Shown: in pieces, positions 58,364-64,000 of the stretch
Numbering within the stretch: the first letter of the stretch is position 1
How the letters are laid out: every line of letters starts with the position of its first letter
The notes under the pieces: generated by a model
The model's input: the letters and a program-made list of their open reading frames with translations, nothing else
What the model was told of the DNA's origin: nothing
The model's database searches: none
Translations under genes and position numbers: made by a program
Source of the DNA: an uncultured virus (IMG/VR IMGVR_UViG_3300015263_000377)
Lineage: Duplodnaviria > Heunggongvirae > Uroviricota > Caudoviricetes
Length of the DNA stretch: 64,000 nucleotides
Virus record (IMG/VR): IMGVR_UViG_3300015263_000377
Direction: 5' to 3' (one strand)

Positions 58364-60371
58364 TCTCGGCGATCTCACCAACTTCTTGAAAGAGGGCTCC
58401 GTCGCCGACCTCGATTGGCTCGATGTCGATGAACAGCAGTATCGGGACCTGGACAAGCTCCCGAAGCAAAACCTCGACATCTCCCCGGACCTCCAGGCCA
58501 TGTGGGATCACAAGGACCAGCCGGCAGGGGCTTATCTCGTCCCGAACAAGGACAAGGTTCCGTCGCTGTCTGCCTTGAGCGAGGCTCACCAGGGTAAGCA
58601 AGCGGCAGTGGAGCAGGTCATCAAGGTGGCTCGCTACACGCTCATGCAGACGACCAACCTGGGGCAGTTGAAGCAGGCGCTCACGTCCAGGTTCGATACG
58701 GACCTCATCACGAACGCCAAGACCGCTCTTGCCTCGGTTCTGCGGGAGCGTGGGCTACTTGGTCGGTACTACGTGTCGGCCGCCGACTTCACCAACTGCG
58801 CACAGTCGTCGAAGACGTTGACCACGTTCGTCAGGCGTTACGCCGCTGACGCCCGTTTCGTGGTCGCCAAGAGCGATTGCCAAGGGTGCATCCACAATTC
58901 CGCCGACACATGTGGAGTCTTCAAGAAGAAGATCGTTCTGGAGGTTCCCTACACGCCTGAGTTGGCTGACGCGGTCGAGCGTTCTCAGTCGGCCAAGGGG
59001 AAGCAAGTTCAGGCGTCCTCCACAGATCCCCGTGGTCGTATTCAGGCGGCGTATCTCGCCAAGGATGTGACTGTTGCGGGGTCGGTAGAGACCCCGAAGC
59101 CCGTGGTCGATCCGGCTCGCCAACTCCGCCAAGCGTCGGCTCCGGGCAAGGTTCACCTCCCTGTTTTCCAGACCGAAGCGCAACGCCTTCTGGCCTCTGA
59201 GCAGGCGTGGCAGCCTCCGACCCCCGAGGGAAAGACGGCTGGGGTCAAGACCGGGGAGGACCGGACGGCCTTTGAGGTCACGTCGCTTCTTCGTCGAGAG
59301 ATGCTCAAGGGGCGTAGCGTCCCCGAGCTGGTTCATGCTCTGAAGCTCTCCTTCTCGGTTTCAGACCTCAAGAACACGGCCTCCCATTGGCGGCCCTTGA
59401 TCGATCAAGCGGGCCTCTACGGGACCGTCTACGCTACGCAGGACTCCTTTGACGACTGCGGGGTTGGAGCAGACTTCTTCGCGAAGCATAACCCCACCGT
59501 CAAGGCGATCGTGGCTGGGGGTAAGTGCAACGGGTGCATCTACAACAAGATGTCCCGCTGCCTCATCTACGGCCGCCCCCTCGCGGCGAACACCGAAACC
59601 CCCCTGACGGATGAGACCGTCAAGCAAGTCATCTGGGAGCACCGTCTGGCGGGCAAGCTGGAGACGGGTGCGGAGAAGATCGCTTGGGGTCCGACGCCCA
59701 AGGAAGCCCTGAAGGCCATCTACAGGGTCGCCTCTCAGGTAGGTAAGGCTGACTCTACGCCAATGCGATCATACGTCGAGCAAGCCTTCCGTGGTGCAGA
59801 TCATGGGCACGTCACGGCGGGCCTCACGAAGCGGGAAATCGTCAAGACGGCCGCCCGATACTTGAACGAGGGCCTTTACGGCACCCAACTTGGGGCGGTC
59901 CTCAAGCGCCAGTTCGATCCCCGAGACATCAAGGCGGCGGCTCCGGAGTTGAAGACCATCTTGGCGGAGCAAGGTCTCCAGGGGATCTACTACGTAGATC
60001 CGATGGTCTACGGGGACTACGCGAAGGGTTGCGAGGAAGGGGCAAGGCTCCACCGTTCGCGTCTCGTCCCCTACGTCAAGTTGGGGTCCAAGTGCTCTAG
60101 CTGCGTGCTTCAAACGAAGGTCGGCTACTGCTCCAAGTACAACAAGGATCTGGTCAACGAGCCGCCGTACGCCGACAAGAAGGCTCAACAGCAGGAGATC
60201 CTCTCCTCGGGTCAATCGACGGAGATCAACCTCGCCAGCCTCATGCAAAACACCAAGTCAATCGTCGCGGAATTCGGCATGAAGTCCGGGATTGAGATCG
60301 ACTTGAACCCGGAGCCGACGAAGGCTGCTCCGGTCTCTGTCGAGCTGGGGGGTCACAAGATCGACCTGTAG
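58356..60371 (+). CDS. Large protein with three Cys-rich repeats
   Basis: Three copies of GL.G..Y......C...CxxC-x7/8-C. Confidence 0.8.
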   Translation: MADLGDLTNFLKEGSVADLDWLDVDEQQYRDLDKLPKQNLDISPDLQAMWDHKDQPAGAYLVPNKDKVPSLSALSEAHQGKQAAVEQVIKVARYTLMQTTNLGQLKQALTSRFDTDLITNAKTALASVLRERGLLGRYYVSAADFTNCAQSSKTLTTFVRRYAADARFVVAKSDCQGCIHNSADTCGVFKKKIVLEVPYTPELADAVERSQSAKGKQVQASSTDPRGRIQAAYLAKDVTVAGSVETPKPVVDPARQLRQASAPGKVHLPVFQTEAQRLLASEQAWQPPTPEGKTAGVKTGEDRTAFEVTSLLRREMLKGRSVPELVHALKLSFSVSDLKNTASHWRPLIDQAGLYGTVYATQDSFDDCGVGADFFAKHNPTVKAIVAGGKCNGCIYNKMSRCLIYGRPLAANTETPLTDETVKQVIWEHRLAGKLETGAEKIAWGPTPKEALKAIYRVASQVGKADSTPMRSYVEQAFRGADHGHVTAGLTKREIVKTAARYLNEGLYGTQLGAVLKRQFDPRDIKAAAPELKTILAEQGLQGIYYVDPMVYGDYAKGCEEGARLHRSRLVPYVKLGSKCSSCVLQTKVGYCSKYNKDLVNEPPYADKKAQQQEILSSGQSTEINLASLMQNTKSIVAEFGMKSGIEIDLNPEPTKAAPVSVELGGHKIDL

Positions 60372-60428
60372 GGCTGAGAATCTAGCGATCGGGGCGGGTT
60401 GATACTCTTGTTATGCCTGCTCTAAGGC

Positions 60429-61052
60429 ATGTCCCTCGCCTTGATCGCCCGTGTGGCAGCCCGATTCACCCTCCCACGGGAATCGTACTTACCGAAAGAG
60501 GTACGGGGTACGCCCCCCAACGTTGACCCTCAAGGGACGGACTTGGCGATCTGGACGTACGAGTCTCCCAATGTGCGGACGGGAGAACCCCTCCTTCTAG
60601 CCATCGCGTTTGCCGCCAAGCAGAACAAACCGATGTTCCACAACTCGTTTCGGAGCGAGGCGAGTAGGCAGGCGGCTATCAGGGATGCCATCGACTCGCG
60701 TAAACGGGTCCTTGAGTACAAGCAAAAGCAGCTTGAGGAGCGCCGTAACTACCAACACGGCATCCAAGTCGGAGAGATTTACAACACCTCTTGGGGTTAC
60801 GACCAGACCAACGTGGACTTCTACGAGGTGGTCGAGATCCGGGGGAAGGACATCCTTGTTCGTGAGGTCGCGAAGCGCGAGGTCAGCACGGACAAGAATG
60901 TCACCATGGTTGCCCCCCAGCAGGGCAAGTACGTGAGCGGTCCGGTTCGGGCTCGCCCGACCCCTGGGGGTTCCTTCAAGGTGGATGGTCACAACGCTCA
61001 CAAGTGGAGCGGGAAGCCTGTCTACGAGACGACCTCTGGTTGGGGGCACTGA
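60429..61052 (+). CDS. Hypothetical protein with N-terminal IARVAARF motif
   Basis: C-terminal SWGYDQTNVDFYEVV; shared N-terminal motif. Confidence 0.78.
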   Translation: MSLALIARVAARFTLPRESYLPKEVRGTPPNVDPQGTDLAIWTYESPNVRTGEPLLLAIAFAAKQNKPMFHNSFRSEASRQAAIRDAIDSRKRVLEYKQKQLEERRNYQHGIQVGEIYNTSWGYDQTNVDFYEVVEIRGKDILVREVAKREVSTDKNVTMVAPQQGKYVSGPVRARPTPGGSFKVDGHNAHKWSGKPVYETTSGWGH

Positions 61053-61054
61053 AC

Positions 61055-61441
61055 GTGTCCGACGCCCTCATCCTTCGGGTAGCAGCCCGGTTCCTCCACG
61101 CCGACCAGCCTCCTGGCCAGCGTAAGAAGGACAAGGACTTGGTGAAGCCTGTCAACCGACCCAAAGGCATCGACCGCTCCATCGTCAAGGAGCACGGCAA
61201 GCCAATGGATGAAGGCCATGATGAAACCGTCTCCCCCAACCGAAGAGACCTTCGACCCGAGGATGTATTCAGCCCTAAGCCCGACCAAACCAGTGTCCGC
61301 AACTTGGCTGAAACTGGCAAAGACCTAGCCGAAGTCATCAAGAAGCAAATTCCCAAAGACAAAGGCTATGCTACTGTAAAGAACCTCTCCCAATACCTCA
61401 TTGAAACTGAGGGTGGGGGCGGCACTAAATCGGTGAAGTGA
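61055..61441 (+). CDS. Hypothetical protein with N-terminal ILRVAARF motif
   Basis: Shared N-terminal motif. Confidence 0.72.
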   Translation: MSDALILRVAARFLHADQPPGQRKKDKDLVKPVNRPKGIDRSIVKEHGKPMDEGHDETVSPNRRDLRPEDVFSPKPDQTSVRNLAETGKDLAEVIKKQIPKDKGYATVKNLSQYLIETEGGGGTKSVK

Positions 61442-61448
61442 GGAGACC

Positions 61449-62039
61449 ATGAAGAAGGACGGAACAGAGCGCGTGGAAGCGGTGCTTCACTTGCTCCCGG
61501 AGCAAGACGCTCCTCACGGCGCCGACAGTCATCGTCTGGAGGGGGTCAAACGAGGTCGAGGTCGACCCCGCAAGATCGAGCGCAAGCCGACCACGAGCGA
61601 CCTTGAGTACCACGCGGAGATGACGCGGGCTCGGGAGGCGTTCATCTCTTCGGACCCGGTCCTCAAGAAGATCGAGGAGCACGGGGATGCCCTGGACGTT
61701 CTCTTCCTCATCAAGAAAGAGGTCGCAGCGGAGGCAGCAAGCCTTCACTTCGAGCGGATCGAAACGCAGAAGCGAGGCAAGGAGACGGGGCAAGTCTCAA
61801 CTCGTCGCATCGAAGCGCTCAAGAAGATCGCCGACATCGAGTTGAAGATCAAAGAGATCGACTCGGAGTCCATCAACCTGAGCAGCGAGCGCATGCAGAA
61901 GCTCTTCACCATGTGGGTCGAGACGATGCGTGAGGTAGCACAGGAGACGCTCCCGGAAGAGGCTATGAACCTCTTTTTCAACCGCTTCGCCTCCGTGATG
62001 GAAGGGTGGGAGGAACGAGCTACGAACACCTTGAGGTGA
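61449..62039 (+). CDS. Probable terminase small subunit with AT-hook
   Basis: KRGRGRPRK, helical body, directly upstream of terL; function inferred from position. Confidence 0.55.
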   Translation: MKKDGTERVEAVLHLLPEQDAPHGADSHRLEGVKRGRGRPRKIERKPTTSDLEYHAEMTRAREAFISSDPVLKKIEEHGDALDVLFLIKKEVAAEAASLHFERIETQKRGKETGQVSTRRIEALKKIADIELKIKEIDSESINLSSERMQKLFTMWVETMREVAQETLPEEAMNLFFNRFASVMEGWEERATNTLR

Positions 62040-62043
62040 CCTC

Positions 62044-64000
62044 GTGGCTCGCGAAAAGAAGCAACAGTCCAACCTAGCCCATATGATCCGTAGCGCCGGG
62101 CATCGTGCCCGTGCGCTTACGGAGACGGCGGCTGTCAATGGGGTTGACCTAGCTACCGTCACGGTCAACGGTCGGACGCAACGTATTTTCAACGTGCTTC
62201 AGTATGTCGAGTCCCCGTGGGGGCTCAACATGAAGCTGTTTCCAGTACAGCGGTTCATCGTAAAGCTGTACTACCACATGCCTCTGGATGACACGCTCCC
62301 GGAGGACGAGAATCGTCGGATCAAAATCTCCGACATGTTCAACACGAAGACGTTGTACACCTTCACTGAGAAGGAGTACCTGCACTACCTCTACAACGAA
62401 GGTCGGTGCAACATCGGGGAGCAGGACCACCTCCGTAGACAGCTCACCCTCCCCATCGGTCGCCGTGCTGGGAAGACCACCCTATCGGCTGTTTTTGCGA
62501 GTTACGAGCTTTACAGGCTCCTCTCGTTGGGCAACCCGCAAGCGTACTACGGGCTCCCCAACGGCAACCGAATCCAAATCATCTCGGTCGCCACGGACAA
62601 GGACCAGGCGGGTCTCCTCTTCAATGACGTGACCTCGCACATGGCGAAGTGCGAGTATTTCCAGCCGTACATCGCCAACAACACGCTCTCCTACGTCCAG
62701 CTCCGAACCCCCTACGACATTGAGAGGTTCGGGCCTACGGTCCGTCACTCGGACGGTAAGTTCACTTCGTTCAACGGCAAGGCGAGCATCCGCGTCACCT
62801 TCAAGGCCAGCATTTCAAAGGGTCTTCGAGGGTCCGGTAACATCGTCATCATCCTCGACGAGATCGCCCACTTTCAGGACAAGGGTAAGTCGAGCGCCAA
62901 GGACATCTACGACGCCATCACGCCGTCAACCGCTGCCTTCTCCCCAAAGGACCCTGCAACGGGGCTCCCTATCAATGGATCGGCAACGGAGTCCGAAGCT
63001 CGAATCATCTGCATCTCCTCGCCTCTAAACAAGGCGGGTAAGTTCTACGAGCTGTACCACCTCGGCATGAGCCGAGGGCCTGGCTCGGACAACATGCTCG
63101 TCATCCAGGCGCCGACCTGGGAGGTCAACCCGACCGTCCCAACGAGCTACTACAAGGAGAAGTACCACGAGGACCCCTCCGTCTTCATGACGGAGCACGG
63201 TGCCCTCTTCTCCGACCGCGTTCGTGGTTGGATCGAACGTGAAGCGGACCTCATCGAGTGCATCCAAAAGGAGCTTCGTCCCAAGACGTACGGACCTCCG
63301 CGCTTCCCTCATCAAATGGGGATCGACGTAGGGCTCATCAACGACGGTACGACCGTCGCGATCACTCATACCGAGGGTGCCAACATCATCCTCGACTACC
63401 ACGAGGCTTGGTACGCAGGCATGTCGTGGAGGGAAGCCAACCCCCACCTCACCTCTCCTTTCACTGACTACGCCAAAACCCTGGAGAACGTAGAGCGACT
63501 TGACTTCGAGGAGATCGCCAACTGGATCCACCTCCTCACCAAGAAGTTCTACATCTCGGCTGGGTTGTTCGACCGTTGGAACGGGCTCCCGCTCGAAGAG
63601 GCGCTCCACAAGAAGGGCTTGAAGCAGTTCAAGAGTGAGTTTTTCAAGCCTGATACGACGAGCAAGATGTACCAGGCGACGAAGCTACTCATGTTCGACA
63701 AGCGCATCACGCTCTACGACTATCCGCTACCTTCGCAAGCGGAGGCTCAATCCAAGCACTCGCCGCTCATCGAGGAGATCCTCAGTCTCCAGGCTACGCA
63801 GCGGGCTAGGAACCAGATCATCGTAGAGGCTCCTCAGATTCAAGGGGCTCATGATGACGTGACGGACGCCCTTGTACGAGCCATCTGGCTCTCTTTGGAG
63901 CGGATCAGCAACCTCAAGATCACGGCCCCTCGGAACTACCCGACCCAACCGAGGGGGCCGGCTTCTATGACCCACTATCAGCGGGCTAGGATGCGCCAGC
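62044..64000 (+). CDS. Terminase large subunit (runs off the window; absent from the ORF track)
   Basis: LFPVQ, Walker A IGRRAGKTT, ATDKDQA, GLRG, Walker B IILDEIAHF, ISSP, nuclease MGIDVG and HDDVTDA. Confidence 0.92.
   Translation, partial: MAREKKQQSNLAHMIRSAGHRARALTETAAVNGVDLATVTVNGRTQRIFNVLQYVESPWGLNMKLFPVQRFIVKLYYHMPLDDTLPEDENRRIKISDMFNTKTLYTFTEKEYLHYLYNEGRCNIGEQDHLRRQLTLPIGRRAGKTTLSAVFASYELYRLLSLGNPQAYYGLPNGNRIQIISVATDKDQAGLLFNDVTSHMAKCEYFQPYIANNTLSYVQLRTPYDIERFGPTVRHSDGKFTSFNGKASIRVTFKASISKGLRGSGNIVIILDEIAHFQDKGKSSAKDIYDAITPSTAAFSPKDPATGLPINGSATESEARIICISSPLNKAGKFYELYHLGMSRGPGSDNMLVIQAPTWEVNPTVPTSYYKEKYHEDPSVFMTEHGALFSDRVRGWIEREADLIECIQKELRPKTYGPPRFPHQMGIDVGLINDGTTVAITHTEGANIILDYHEAWYAGMSWREANPHLTSPFTDYAKTLENVERLDFEEIANWIHLLTKKFYISAGLFDRWNGLPLEEALHKKGLKQFKSEFFKPDTTSKMYQATKLLMFDKRITLYDYPLPSQAEAQSKHSPLIEEILSLQATQRARNQIIVEAPQIQGAHDDVTDALVRAIWLSLERISNLKITAPRNYPTQPRGPASMTHYQRARMRQ

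Overview
This window (roughly 60-62% GC by eye) is a segment of a large (jumbo-type) tailed phage genome, probably infecting Myxococcota. The host call is inferred from the tmRNA tag ANDNAVQAAA and a DUF4388/Roadblock gene. 1-26.6 kb is a very large + strand RNA operon: 53 tRNA genes covering all 20 amino acids, 2 degenerate tRNAs, a tmRNA and several unexplained structured RNAs. It also holds nine copies of one Y-RNA (YrlA)-like scaffold, each with different tRNA-derived cargo; one carries a complete circularly permuted tRNA(CAT). The operon is headed by a sigma70-like promoter, a 57-aa uORF and an attenuator-like switch. It is interspersed with HNH nucleases, EF-Tu, a Dam-type methyltransferase, PyrF, a HicB-like gene and proteins sharing N-terminal YDYDRR or RVA.R motifs. 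26.7-55.6 kb is a chaperone/replication/recombination block: GroEL, HolB, HolA, NrdJ, LigA, RecD2, probable SSB, RuvC-like, RecA, an SbcC split into two distant genes, SbcD, a PD-(D/E)XK nuclease, beta clamp, primase core, DnaX, a NusG/5'-3' exonuclease fusion and a sigma-like factor. 55.7-64 kb begins the morphogenesis module and ends in the terminase large subunit, which runs off the window. Two phage promoter-like motifs at fixed distances from start codons are visible. All calls were made by eye from motifs and base pairing; no searches were run.
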